Notes: generated from the sequence alone by a model not told the origin. A DNA stretch of 64,000 nt from Candidatus Eiseniibacteriota bacterium (GCA_963703225.1 OY969801.1:1952001-2016000); one strand, 5' to 3'. Positions 19,332 through 28,920 are shown, counted from the first letter of the stretch. A program made the numbers and translations.

Positions 19332-20240
19332 ATGCCTCTGCACTCCATCGGGTCGGGGACCATCTCCTTCGGCCTGGTCTCGATCCCGATCAAGATGTAC
19401 TCGGCGGCGTCCTCGGCCGGTGTTTCGTTCAACCAGCTGCACCAGAAGTGCGGCGGGCGCCTTCGCCAGCAGCTCATCTGTCCCACCTGCAACGAGGTGG
19501 TGGAGCGAAGCGCGCTGGTCAAGGGCTACGAGTTCGCCAAGGATCAGTACGTGCAGTTCACCGAGGATGAGCTGAAGAAGCTTGAGGACGAAGCGTCCAA
19601 GATGATCGACATCGCCGAGTTCGTTCCGCTCGCCCTGGTGGATCCGATCTACTTTGAGAAGACCTACTACCTGGGCCCGGACAAGGGCGGCGAAAAGGCC
19701 TACCGGCTCCTCACCGATGCCATGGACAAGTCCGAGCGCGTGGCGCTGGCCAAGTTCGTGATGCGGGGCAAAGAGAATCTGGTGCTGATTCGCGCCGCGC
19801 AGGATGGGCTGATGCTCCACACCATGTACTTCTCCGATGAAATCCGGGACTTCGGCGAGGTGGACAAGGGCGCGGACGCCAAGGTCAAGCCCGGCGAGCT
19901 GGAGCTGGCTGAGCGGCTGGTCGGGGAGCTTTCGAGCGAGGCGTTCCGTCCGGACCAGTACGTCGACGACTACCGGACGCGCGTGCTCGAGGTGGTAGAG
20001 TCCAAGGTCGAAGGCCGCGAAGTGACGTCGCTCGCACCGCAGGCGCAGCGCACGCAGGTGATCGACCTGATGGAAGCGCTCAAGCAGAGCCTCGGGAAGC
20101 GCGGCTCGGACGCCCGCGCAGGGTCTGGCGGAGACGGCGGCGCGAAGGTGTCTGCACTCGAGAAGAAGCCCGCCGCACGGGCACGGCAGAAGCCGGAGCC
20201 CGCCCCGCGCCAGAAGAAGGTCCAAGGCGACAAGCGCTGA
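19332..20240 (+). CDS. ku: NHEJ protein Ku
   Basis: GTISFGLVSIPIK, VKGYE, IDIAEFV, DPIYFEKTYYL, VIDLMEALKQSL, basic C-terminal tail; ATG 19332 after AGGAGG. Confidence 0.95.
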   Translation: MPLHSIGSGTISFGLVSIPIKMYSAASSAGVSFNQLHQKCGGRLRQQLICPTCNEVVERSALVKGYEFAKDQYVQFTEDELKKLEDEASKMIDIAEFVPLALVDPIYFEKTYYLGPDKGGEKAYRLLTDAMDKSERVALAKFVMRGKENLVLIRAAQDGLMLHTMYFSDEIRDFGEVDKGADAKVKPGELELAERLVGELSSEAFRPDQYVDDYRTRVLEVVESKVEGREVTSLAPQAQRTQVIDLMEALKQSLGKRGSDARAGSGGDGGAKVSALEKKPAARARQKPEPAPRQKKVQGDKR

Positions 20241-20265
20241 CGCGGGATTCCAGGGAGGCAGCTCC

Positions 20266-21156
20266 GTGAGGGCAAGCGCAGAGATCGAACGCGCCCAGCC
20301 ACAGTCGGATCAGCGTTTCTCCCTGCGTGAAGTGGCGCGCATTCTCGAGGTGCCCGAAGCGCGGCTGCGTGGCCTGGCCCGCGCCGGCTTCCTGGCGCCC
20401 CAACGGGGCCCGGTCGGCCCACTGTCGTTCGGCTTCCGGGATCTCCTGCTGCTGCGGACCACCAAGGGACTCCTGGAATCAGGAGTCCCCATGCGGCGGA
20501 TCCGCCGCATCTGGGCTTCGCTCCGCGAGCAGCTCGCGGCCGACCTCCCGCTCACCAGCATCACCATCCACACGGACGGAGAAGAGGTTGTCGCCTCGGA
20601 CGGCGGCGCCCGCTGGCAGCCGGACTCGGGCCAGTTCCTCCTCAACTTCGAGGCCAGCGAGATCGCGGAGCGCGCCGACTTCGTTGGAAGCGTCGGCCGT
20701 GAAGAATCCGCACCGCGTGATTCCGGGGACGAGCCAGGATCTACGGCCGAGGAATGGTACGAAGCGGGATGCTCGCTGGAGGCCTCATCCCCCGAGCAGG
20801 CGCGCGAAGCCTATCAGCGTGCTCTCGAGATCGACCCGGGCGTGATCAACGCGCACGTGAACCTTGGCCGCCAGTTCCACATGGCAGGGGAACTCGGCCG
20901 CGCCGAGCCGCACTACCGGGAGGCGGCGAGGCTCGATCCCGACGACCCGACCCCGCACTTCAACCTCGGCGTGCTCCTCGAGGAGGTGGGACGGCGGGAC
21001 GAAGCGGTCCATGCCTACCGCCAGGCGATTCTCCGCGATCCCGACTTCGCCGACGCCCACTGCAACCTCGGGCTGCTCCTGGAATCGCTCGGGCGGCGCC
21101 AGGAGGCCGTGCGCCACCTGATGGCCGCCCGTCAGCTGAACGGGTCGCCGGAGTAG
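20266..21156 (+). CDS. MerR-like HTH plus TPR-repeat protein
   Basis: FSLREVARIL-x-V-x-EARLR winged-HTH pattern; repeated AYxxAL-x-DP...AH-x-NLG TPR units; 25 bp after ku. Confidence 0.8.
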   Translation: MRASAEIERAQPQSDQRFSLREVARILEVPEARLRGLARAGFLAPQRGPVGPLSFGFRDLLLLRTTKGLLESGVPMRRIRRIWASLREQLAADLPLTSITIHTDGEEVVASDGGARWQPDSGQFLLNFEASEIAERADFVGSVGREESAPRDSGDEPGSTAEEWYEAGCSLEASSPEQAREAYQRALEIDPGVINAHVNLGRQFHMAGELGRAEPHYREAARLDPDDPTPHFNLGVLLEEVGRRDEAVHAYRQAILRDPDFADAHCNLGLLLESLGRRQEAVRHLMAARQLNGSPE

Positions 21157-21157
21157 G

Positions 21158-22549
21158 TCAGCGAGCCCCCGTATTCGTCGGGGCAATGAACGACGCGAGC
21201 TTGTCGATGACCTTCGCGTCGACGTGGCCTGCGACGACGTACTCATCAGGGCCAGGCTTCCCTTCTCCCTCGATGAACAGATGATTCAGGCTCGGTACAA
21301 TGTCGAACTCGACGTGGGGCGTGTTGGCCAGCCCCGTACGCCATGCCTGCACGTCCTCATCGAGGACCTGATAGTCGCGATCTCCGCGCATGATGAGGAC
21401 CGGCTTGCCGAGCTTCTTGGCCATCCCGATCCCATCGCGGGAACCCAGGTCCCTCCAGTAGGCCTCAGGAGCTCCGAGTAGCGTCTCGCTGCCGAGAGTC
21501 CCCGCCTTGAGGCGTGCCACCTTCTGCTCGACCTCCTCGATCTGTTCCTTGGGAGCCTCCACATAGCGAAGCTGAGATAGCACCATGTCCCAAGGCGGAC
21601 GGCCCGGCGGGGCCATCAAGACCACGCCAGCCACGTCCCCGGAGCGGATCGCAATTTCCGGCGCCAGGAGCGCTCCCATGCTGTGACCCACCACGAAAAC
21701 GCGCGCGTGATCCACATCCGACCTGGCCGCAAGCACCTTCATGGCCGCGACCGCATCCAGAATCACCTCGTCGTCGACCGATATGTCGTTCGACAGCTTT
21801 GCGCCGTACTGGTACGTACGCTTGTTATAGCGAAGCACGGCAATCCCTCTCGAAGAGAGGCCTTCGGCCAGGTCCTTGAAAACCTTGCTGCCTCCGATCG
21901 TCTCGTCCCGGTCGATGGGCCCCGATCCGTGCACCAGCACGACGCCGGGAAAGGGACCGGCCCCATTGGGAATTGTGAGGGTCGCGCCCAGCAAGAATGG
22001 TTCGGTGCCGACCGTCAGCTCCACGGCGCGAAACTTCGACCGGTTCACGTAGGCGGCGGGAGGAGCGGGCGCCACGTAGGGCCGGATGAGGAATCCGCCC
22101 ACCTCCTGCGACGGTGTGTTGACGGCGATCGTCGCCTGAAGTTGACCGCGATCGAATTGAAGCAGAGCAACCCGGACATCGTGGGCTTGAACTTGCTGGC
22201 GCTCGAGCATGGTCCAGGAAATCAAATTGCCCAGCGTGGCCAACTGTCCGCTCCAGACGGCCTTCAGCTTCTCGACCGGTACCACGGCCTTGAGCGTCGA
22301 ATCGAACATGCCGAACGCGGTCTCGTACTGCTTGACCTTCAACGATTGCAGGAGTGCCTCAGCGGTTTGGTCGCTGGTGCGGACAGCGGTCTTGGGCTTC
22401 GAAGCGGCGGCGCGTTGGGAGACATCGCCCCTCGCTTGCTCGCCAACTCCGATCGTCGTGATGAGGAGGCAGGCGAAGGTCGTCAGAACTCGGATCCAAA
22501 GCGCTCTGCCCCAGCCTCCACCCGTCCCGATACGAGGTTGGGTAGACAT
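21158..22549 (-). CDS. Secreted alpha/beta hydrolase with DUF3887-like N-terminal domain
   Basis: Hydrophobic signal, VHGSGP-x-DRDET, GHSMG, GDRDYQV, LNHLF. Confidence 0.82.
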   Translation of the reverse strand: MSTQPRIGTGGGWGRALWIRVLTTFACLLITTIGVGEQARGDVSQRAAASKPKTAVRTSDQTAEALLQSLKVKQYETAFGMFDSTLKAVVPVEKLKAVWSGQLATLGNLISWTMLERQQVQAHDVRVALLQFDRGQLQATIAVNTPSQEVGGFLIRPYVAPAPPAAYVNRSKFRAVELTVGTEPFLLGATLTIPNGAGPFPGVVLVHGSGPIDRDETIGGSKVFKDLAEGLSSRGIAVLRYNKRTYQYGAKLSNDISVDDEVILDAVAAMKVLAARSDVDHARVFVVGHSMGALLAPEIAIRSGDVAGVVLMAPPGRPPWDMVLSQLRYVEAPKEQIEEVEQKVARLKAGTLGSETLLGAPEAYWRDLGSRDGIGMAKKLGKPVLIMRGDRDYQVLDEDVQAWRTGLANTPHVEFDIVPSLNHLFIEGEGKPGPDEYVVAGHVDAKVIDKLASFIAPTNTGAR

Positions 22550-22742
22550 TTCGTTGCTCCGTGCGACAGGAATTCCTACGGTGGACTTGTTGAGCTCAAG
22601 ATTCTGCACGGAACCGGCCGAATCCTCCAGCCCAGATGGCCGAACACCGCCACGGGCTTGGATCGGCGACTCTACCAACCCGCCCCCTAAGCCCTCTCTC
22701 ACGCGCCGTTTACCGCTCCGCCGATAATAAGCTGGCGTCACG

Positions 22743-22769
22743 CAAATTATTGAGATATCTTATGTTATG
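22743..22769. promoter_or_regulatory. AT-rich IHF-like site in a divergent intergenic region
   Basis: Reverse strand TCTCAA-TAAT-TTG versus consensus WATCAA-N4-TTR; resembles the elements at 28896 and 50935. Confidence 0.4.
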
Positions 22770-23104
22770 TAGCTAGAAGCAAGGCGAACCCACCCCCAAC
22801 AGCCTGCCAGTCATCGCTGGGTAGCGCCTCCAGGCCGACCCCCTAGATCTGCGGGGGCGGTCGATCCCCGTGACGGCGGAAATCCCGCGTGCGCGGGTCC
22901 AAACGGCAACAGGCCTGCGTTTCGGAGAACCAAGTTCCGGATCGCCCGCAGTCGCATCGGCCCGCGCCGCATCCCTACCTCATCCGGTCCAAATCGCCTC
23001 CGGGGACAAACCCCGCAAGCATCCGTCCGCGCGGCTGCGGCGAACGGGGATCATTCCGCGTCGGTTCTGCGCACGTTCGGCTTGGACTAGGAAGGAGTCG
23101 CAAG

Positions 23105-23560
23105 ATGTCTCTCAAGATGAGCGAGTTCCACGGAATCGATCCGAACCACGTCACCACGCTCCGAGCCGCTGGCATCGAAAACACCGATGACCTGATGAAG
23201 ATCTGGAGCAACAAAGAGAAACGCGCGGGCCTCGTGGCCAGCACGGGCATCGCCGAAGTGAACTTTGCGAAGTTCGCGGCGATGGCGCGCCTCGGACGCG
23301 TGAAGGGAATGGATTTGAAGCACCTCGACGCGCTCGTCGCCGCCGGCATCGACGGACCGAAGGGGCTTTTCCGCCACACGGCGGAGACACTCACGAAGCA
23401 CCTGGGCGAAGTGGCTGCCGAGCGGAAGCTGGCTGGCCCCCTCCCCACGCTCGCGGAGGTCACCGCCTGGTTCGCACAAAAGCCGGAGATGAATGGGGAA
23501 AAGGTCTCGGCGCCGAAGTCCGAACCCAGTCCGAAAGCAGAGCCCATCGTCGCCAAGTAG
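23105..23560 (+). CDS. DUF4332 (helix-hairpin-helix) protein, copy 1
   Basis: MSEFHGI...LRAAGIENTDDL...MARLGRVKG...LVAAGIDG...PTL-x-V-x-W; AAGGAG RBS. Confidence 0.8.
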   Translation: MSLKMSEFHGIDPNHVTTLRAAGIENTDDLMKIWSNKEKRAGLVASTGIAEVNFAKFAAMARLGRVKGMDLKHLDALVAAGIDGPKGLFRHTAETLTKHLGEVAAERKLAGPLPTLAEVTAWFAQKPEMNGEKVSAPKSEPSPKAEPIVAK

Positions 23561-23603
23561 GCGGCGGGGCACCGTTCACTTTCAATCGCAAGGGAGTCAA
23601 ATC

Positions 23604-24005
23604 ATGACCTACAAGATGAGCGAGTTTCAGAATATCGAGCCGGGCCAAGTCGAGAAGCTCCGCGAGGCGGGCATTGAGAACACGGACGACATGATGCGCG
23701 TCTGGGCCGATCAGCCCAAGCGTGCGGCGCTCGTGGAGAAGACGGGTATCGCCCTCGACCGGTTCACCGACCTGGCCTCGATGGCGCGGCTCGCTCGCGT
23801 GAAGAACGTGGGACCGATGTACGTTTCCGTGCTCCTGGCCGCGGGAATCGACGGCCCGAAGAGTCTCTTCGAGCACACGCCGGTGACGCTGCTCAAGCGC
23901 TTGGGCGAGGTGGTTGCGGAGAAGAAGCTCACGAGCCCTGTGCCGACGCTGGAGCAGGTCAACCCTTGGTATGCGGATCAGAAACAGGTGGTTGCCAGCG
24001 CATAG
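23604..24005 (+). CDS. DUF4332 protein, copy 2 (tandem paralogue)
   Basis: Colinear with copy 1 (KMSEF, AGIENTDD, MARL-x-RVK, AAGIDGPK, PTL); GGGAG RBS. Confidence 0.82.
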   Translation: MTYKMSEFQNIEPGQVEKLREAGIENTDDMMRVWADQPKRAALVEKTGIALDRFTDLASMARLARVKNVGPMYVSVLLAAGIDGPKSLFEHTPVTLLKRLGEVVAEKKLTSPVPTLEQVNPWYADQKQVVASA

Positions 24006-24073
24006 TGGTACGGCATTGCGGGAGGCGCCCCCATAACGACCTCTCGCCCTAAGAAAGCGTCTCCCGCTTCAAC

Positions 24074-24103
24074 CTCGGCCACGATCGAAAGATCGTGGCC
24101 GAG
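24074..24103. terminator. Perfect 13-bp hairpin with GAAA loop between convergent genes
   Basis: CTCGGCCACGATC-GAAA-GATCGTGGCCGAG; no clear U-tract. Confidence 0.6.
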
Positions 24104-24124
24104 CCATTGAGATCCTCCTGATGA

Positions 24125-26512
24125 CTATCTCACGATCACGATTCTCGCCGTTCCATGATAGCTGCCTGCATCGAGCCGCGCGAGGTACAACCCTGTTGCC
24201 GCTGGCCGCCCGTTCCCACCGCGACCATCCCATTCGATGTCGGCCGCGCCGGGGGTCGCGGTAACTTCCCGCACCAGCCGCCCGTCCACGCTGAACACGC
24301 TCACGCGCGCCGGCGCGTCGAGCGGTCGTCCGAATGACAGGCGAGTCGCTCCCGCCGTCACGTTCGGCGCCACCGTCAGGTGGAGCGGGAGTGCGCTTCG
24401 ACCTCCGACGTCGACCGCGGTGATGGGCGCCTGCACCGCGATCGAATCCATCCCGGCGCGGCCATCGCCGTCGTCATATCCGACGTAGAGCGTGCCGGCG
24501 GTGAGGCCCGGGACAGGAATGTGGACCCAGCCGTCCGCCCCCGAGTAGCGATTCTCCAAGACTTGATCGCTTCCGGCCATGGTTGGTTTCCAGAGCCCCA
24601 CTTTCACGCCGGAGACCGGCGCGCCACTCGAGCTGCGCACCTGGATGTCGACGGTTGGGGCCGGGCAGGTCGGGCAGCAGTCCACTCCCGGGCAAGGTCC
24701 GAGGATGGTAATCGGAACGAGCAGGTCGATCGGCGCCCAGATGCCGCCGGGATTGTGGCGCTTGATCTCCATCTCGGGGTCGCCGTAGAGAACGTACTTG
24801 TAGACGGCGTCGAATCCGAACAGGGAGTCCGCGGCGATGGTGGCGTGCTCGGCGAGGGCGATGGCCTGACCGTGCCTCGTGATTCCTCCGCCGTAGACCG
24901 CCTGGAAGAGGCTGTCGTTCAAGACCCGGACCACCGAGCCGTAGGTCTGGTCCACGGCGCCGTAGAAGGCGACCGAGCCTCCTTGGGCATTCTTCATGAA
25001 GCCCGCGGCGAGGCTCTGCCCCTGCCTGAGGTCGCCCGTTTGGCATCCGATGGACCAGACCACTGGGGTCAACGCGCCGTTGTTGAGCGCCGCCGCGTCC
25101 GAATACGCGAAGCTCGCGTTGGAGGAACTCCAATGGAGCCAGGATGCAGGTTCCCCGTGGCCAATGTACCCGACCAGTCCAACGCCGCTGGCCACGTCGT
25201 TCACGATGTCGGCGTTCCCCAGAGATGCATTGGTCCCGTAGCAAGTGGTGAAATTGGGAGTCACCTGCGCGTAGGGGCCCGTCCGCACCTCCTCCTGGTA
25301 GCCCATGAAATCGAAGTCTTGATCCTGCTGGTGGTGGGCCACCAGCAAGACGTTTCCGTCGTTGTTCAACTGCGGCCCTTCCGAGTAGTCCATGATCTTC
25401 TTCACCTGGTTCTGAAGCTCTCCCAGGGTGGACACGTAGAGCCGCCCCAGGTAAATCTCCGGCTCCCCATCGCCATCCACCGACGAAAGCACCTTGTCGG
25501 AGAGCTGGCCGTTCGAGTCGAAGCAGTAGGGCGTCGACCCGTTCGCGCCGACCAATAGGCAGTAGTGATCATCGCCGGGCCGGGTGGCGGCGTACCAATT
25601 GTGAATCGCCTGCCGCAGCTGGCCGCAAGTTTCGCCGCTCATCGGCACGTTCACGACGGTGACGGAGTAGCCGCGGGTCTTCTTCTGCTGGATCAACGGC
25701 TGGAGGGTGCTCATCCAGGCGCTCGGGCAGACAAAGAGGTACGCGCCCATGAATTGATTCCAGTTGACCCCGTACTCCGTGCTGACCGAGCCCCAGTTCA
25801 GGAGCGCGACCGATGCGGCGCCCGCGTGCTCCATGGTGAGGCCCATCGGCGTGTTCAAGCCGCCGCCGTGGCTGAAGCCGAAACGCGCGTGCGTCGCGAC
25901 AGACAGAGTCCCCGTGGCGGGATTCCAATGGATCGGATATGTCGTGCAGAGCGACGCCGGGAGCCCGCCGAGTGTCGTGCGGGTGGCTCCGCCGGCGCCG
26001 TTGCCCAGAGGAAAGTCCAGCGCCGAGCCGTAGGTAGCTTCGTTCCGCGTGAATTGCGACGGCGTCCCGTCGTGGAGTTGGGCGGGGATGGGCGACGGCC
26101 AGACGAGATAGCCCGGTAGCTCGCGGAGATCGAGCGCGAGCGCCTCGATGAGCTGGGAGCCGATCGCATCGGTGACGATTCCCAAATCGGCGCGAACGAC
26201 CGGCACCCGGGGCTCGCCCGGAACGGAGTAGCTGGGCAGGCCTGGCACGCTCAGATCCTGGTACGTCCGCCCGTCGGGCCCCAGGCGTGTGGTGACATAG
26301 AAGCCCGAGAGGAAGACATCGAAGTAAGTCTGCGCGGGTCCCGAGAGCGCCGAATCAAGAGTGATCCGCGCATTCGTCCCCGGGGGGTTGCTGTCGAGCG
26401 ATACCCAGGTTGGCCCGCCGGTCCCTTGTGCCCTTACGGGAGTGGGTGACGCCAAGGTGGCGGAAAGCAACAGAAGCAACAGAAGCCCAGAGAGCACCCG
26501 GTCAAGTCTCAT
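24125..26512 (-). CDS. Secreted C25 (gingipain-family) cysteine peptidase with propeptide and C-terminal FlgD-Ig domain
   Basis: Signal peptide, GEPRVP propeptide, YLGRL, catalytic-type GHG and SIGC, LYGDPEM, VDGRLVR...WDGR...GLYLARL tail. Confidence 0.85.
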   Translation of the reverse strand: MRLDRVLSGLLLLLLLSATLASPTPVRAQGTGGPTWVSLDSNPPGTNARITLDSALSGPAQTYFDVFLSGFYVTTRLGPDGRTYQDLSVPGLPSYSVPGEPRVPVVRADLGIVTDAIGSQLIEALALDLRELPGYLVWPSPIPAQLHDGTPSQFTRNEATYGSALDFPLGNGAGGATRTTLGGLPASLCTTYPIHWNPATGTLSVATHARFGFSHGGGLNTPMGLTMEHAGAASVALLNWGSVSTEYGVNWNQFMGAYLFVCPSAWMSTLQPLIQQKKTRGYSVTVVNVPMSGETCGQLRQAIHNWYAATRPGDDHYCLLVGANGSTPYCFDSNGQLSDKVLSSVDGDGEPEIYLGRLYVSTLGELQNQVKKIMDYSEGPQLNNDGNVLLVAHHQQDQDFDFMGYQEEVRTGPYAQVTPNFTTCYGTNASLGNADIVNDVASGVGLVGYIGHGEPASWLHWSSSNASFAYSDAAALNNGALTPVVWSIGCQTGDLRQGQSLAAGFMKNAQGGSVAFYGAVDQTYGSVVRVLNDSLFQAVYGGGITRHGQAIALAEHATIAADSLFGFDAVYKYVLYGDPEMEIKRHNPGGIWAPIDLLVPITILGPCPGVDCCPTCPAPTVDIQVRSSSGAPVSGVKVGLWKPTMAGSDQVLENRYSGADGWVHIPVPGLTAGTLYVGYDDGDGRAGMDSIAVQAPITAVDVGGRSALPLHLTVAPNVTAGATRLSFGRPLDAPARVSVFSVDGRLVREVTATPGAADIEWDGRGGNGRPAATGLYLARLDAGSYHGTARIVIVR

Positions 26513-26714
26513 GAGACTCCAAGAAATCGTGCATCTGGGTGATCCAAGTCACCGAGGCATTGCTCGCGGAGGGCTACGTTCTCGAGCGAGAAACCCGGCG
26601 GTGTCCGGCGTCCGCCGTTGTGGTCAAGCCCTCACTCGAGTCAGCAACTTGCAACCGCCTCTAGGGGCCCAGTCCGCTCCACACGGTTCGCCGCGGCGCC
26701 GCCGGTCCTTTTGT

Positions 26715-27434
26715 TCACTTTGCCCCGCCAGAGGTCAGTTCCCGAAGCATCTCCGCGTCGCGCAGCGTGATTCTGCCCCGAGAAAGACTGATAGCGCCCA
26801 ACCGCTCGAACTCCTTGAGGAGCCTGCTGACCACTTCTCGCGCGGTGCCCAGGTCGGCCGCGATCTCGGCGTGGGTGATGTCGACGCTTCCGATCGAGCC
26901 CATCTCCTGTGAAAAATACCCCTCGAGACACCGGGCCAGGCGCTGGTCCATTCTCCGGAAAGAGACTTCCTCGACGAGCGACATGACCTCGATGAGCCTG
27001 GTCGAGAACATCCGGAACACAAACGTCCGGAGCGCCTCGTGCTCGGCGATCCACCGGCGGAATGTGGCGGAAGGAAGGAGTATCGCTTCGACATCCTCCT
27101 CGACTTGGGCCATCGCAGGCACCGGACGGTCGGAGAGGATGCATGACACGTTCAGGGGGCACACCTCGCCCGGGCCGACGTGATAGAGCGTGATCTCATG
27201 GCCGGTCTCACCCAGTTTGAATACACGCATCCGCCCCGTAGCCACGATGGCGAATTGGGCGCAGGAGTCCCCTTCGCGAAGGAAATAGGCGCCCGCCTCG
27301 AGGCGGACGACGCTCGCCTCCGCCAGAAACGCCCGCTGAAGGTCGGCTGGCGCGTCGTTGAAGAACGGAATCTTACCAAGGACATCGCGCTTCGCGCTGG
27401 TGGGTGTGCGAGCGCTTGTCATGGTGCTCGACAT
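26715..27434 (-). CDS. Crp/Fnr-family transcriptional regulator
   Basis: G-x-EITLY-x-V-x-PGE-x-C, EEVSFRRMDQRLA, THAEIAADLGTAREVVSRLL HTH. Confidence 0.9.
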   Translation of the reverse strand: MSSTMTSARTPTSAKRDVLGKIPFFNDAPADLQRAFLAEASVVRLEAGAYFLREGDSCAQFAIVATGRMRVFKLGETGHEITLYHVGPGEVCPLNVSCILSDRPVPAMAQVEEDVEAILLPSATFRRWIAEHEALRTFVFRMFSTRLIEVMSLVEEVSFRRMDQRLARCLEGYFSQEMGSIGSVDITHAEIAADLGTAREVVSRLLKEFERLGAISLSRGRITLRDAEMLRELTSGGAK

Positions 27435-27652
27435 ATCGGGTCCCTCCGAAACCGGCGCGCCCCGTAGCGGCCCCGGAGGGGGATCCGGCGGCCCTGGGTT
27501 TGTCGAAGCATCGATCATCCCCATATCCAGCGCCTCGGGCAAGAACTTATCGCGGTCTGGCCGCGGGGCCGTACATGGCTGGCCGGGACGGAAGCGGAGC
27601 GGGCGCCGGGCCTCCCTCAAGGCAGGGCGCTCATCTGCCGATATCCGGGGCG

Positions 27653-28060
27653 ATGCGCAAGGCGATCGTCCCCATGATATTCGCGCTTCTCCTCACGGCC
27701 GGCTGCGCGACAACCGGCGGCGGCGTGGGTGGACCTTCCAGCGACGTCTCCCACTCGATGAAGGGGCTCGTCATGGAAGGCGAGGCCTCCTACTACTCGA
27801 GTGCGTTCAATGGTCGGAGGATGGCGGGAGGCGAGGTCTACGACGACGAGCGGCTGATCGCGGCCCACCGGACACTTCCCTTTGGCACGCGCGTCCGGGT
27901 CACGAACCTCGGCAACGGCCGAAGCGTCGTGGTCACCGTGAAGGATCGCGGACCATCGGTGCGCCACCGAATGATCGATCTGTCGGGGCGCGCGGCGCGC
28001 GATCTGGGGTTTGTCCGGGAAGGCGTCGCGCGCGTTCGCATCGAAGTCATCTCCGGCTAA
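27653..28060 (+). CDS. rlpA: RlpA-family lytic transglycosylase lipoprotein (DPBB domain)
   Basis: Lipobox LTAGC, GEASYY, AAHRTLPFGT, KDRGP, IDLS. Confidence 0.88.
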   Translation: MRKAIVPMIFALLLTAGCATTGGGVGGPSSDVSHSMKGLVMEGEASYYSSAFNGRRMAGGEVYDDERLIAAHRTLPFGTRVRVTNLGNGRSVVVTVKDRGPSVRHRMIDLSGRAARDLGFVREGVARVRIEVISG

Positions 28061-28164
28061 ACGGATTCCGGTGGGCCGGGGCGGCACCAGGCCGGCGGGG
28101 CGAAATGGGGAGCCCCACGGGCTCCCAGGCCCGTGGGGCGATTGGTTCACGAATCCTCACGACG

Positions 28165-28728
28165 TCAGTTGCCGGTCGAATCGGCCCCTGCCCCCAATTT
28201 CTGGATGTTGAGGAACACCCAAACGCGGCGCCAGCAGTTGAATCCATTCTTCGCGGTCAGAGACAAGCCCAGGCGATCGGTGGTCGTCCGGAGCGGCACA
28301 CGATAGTGCGTCTTCCAGATTCCCATCGACGCGTCATAGACGAGCGGCTGCGTCTTGCCCCTCGCGTCCGTGAGCGTCACTTCCGCCACGTCCGTCGTGC
28401 CTTCCGCTGTGATCTCCACGATGTCCCCAGGCGCCACGAATTCCTCCGAAGCGGACGCCGCGATGTCCGGCGGAAGCGAGTCGGCCCTCGCCGGCACATC
28501 GGCGTTGGGTGGTGTGGCCTCGGTCAATGACGTTGCCGGTGCCACGGCGTTGGTGGCGGTCGCCGCGTTTCCGGGAGCGCTCGCCTTTGTTGCCGTCGCT
28601 TCGGTCGCAGCGGTTTCTCCCTCCTGCTTGCCGCATCCGATCGCGAGCAGGCCGACCGCAAGCGACGCGACGACGAGGGTGAGTCCGAGCGCCGCCAGCT
28701 GATCCGTCCCCATCTTGGTGTTCTTCAT
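28165..28728 (-). CDS. Hypothetical lipoprotein (Ala/Thr linker plus beta-rich C-terminal domain)
   Basis: Lipobox LAIGC, low-complexity A/T linker, beta-strand-like C-terminus; GGGAG RBS. Confidence 0.65.
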   Translation of the reverse strand: MKNTKMGTDQLAALGLTLVVASLAVGLLAIGCGKQEGETAATEATATKASAPGNAATATNAVAPATSLTEATPPNADVPARADSLPPDIAASASEEFVAPGDIVEITAEGTTDVAEVTLTDARGKTQPLVYDASMGIWKTHYRVPLRTTTDRLGLSLTAKNGFNCWRRVWVFLNIQKLGAGADSTGN

Positions 28729-28874
28729 TGCCGTTCTCCCATCCGGCTGATCCATTCGGACAGCGGGCAGGTGGCCGGCTCCTGTTCCCGAACTGCCTGG
28801 CCTTCGACATGTGCCCCGGGCGCCAGGACCGGGGCGGCGAGAGATTGGCGCTCGCCGCTCGGATAGACCCATAT

Positions 28875-28889
28875 ACAAGCGCCGGGCCA
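28875..28889 (-). promoter_or_regulatory. Sigma-54 -24/-12 promoter for the lipoprotein gene
   Basis: Minus strand TGGCCC-GGCGC-TTGT, correct spacing, GT variant at -12. Confidence 0.6.
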
Positions 28890-28895
28890 TTCCCG

Positions 28896-28920
28896 TAAGT
28901 TATTGCAATTCTGTTACTTA
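28896..28920. promoter_or_regulatory. IHF-like AT-rich site (TAAGT-N15-ACTTA)
   Basis: Immediately upstream of the -24 element; reverse strand TTGCAA-TAAC-TTA. Confidence 0.5.

Noticed and set aside
22780..23100. Possible riboswitch or ncRNA in the long leader of the DUF4332 pair, including a GG-N10-GC at 22905-22918
   Set aside because: Only imperfect GC hairpins and no recognisable family motif; GG-N10-GC alone is common by chance. An Rfam scan would be needed
24074..24103. Hairpin as a REP element or CRISPR repeat
   Set aside because: Single copy in the window, no spacers or cas genes; best read as a terminator-like stem
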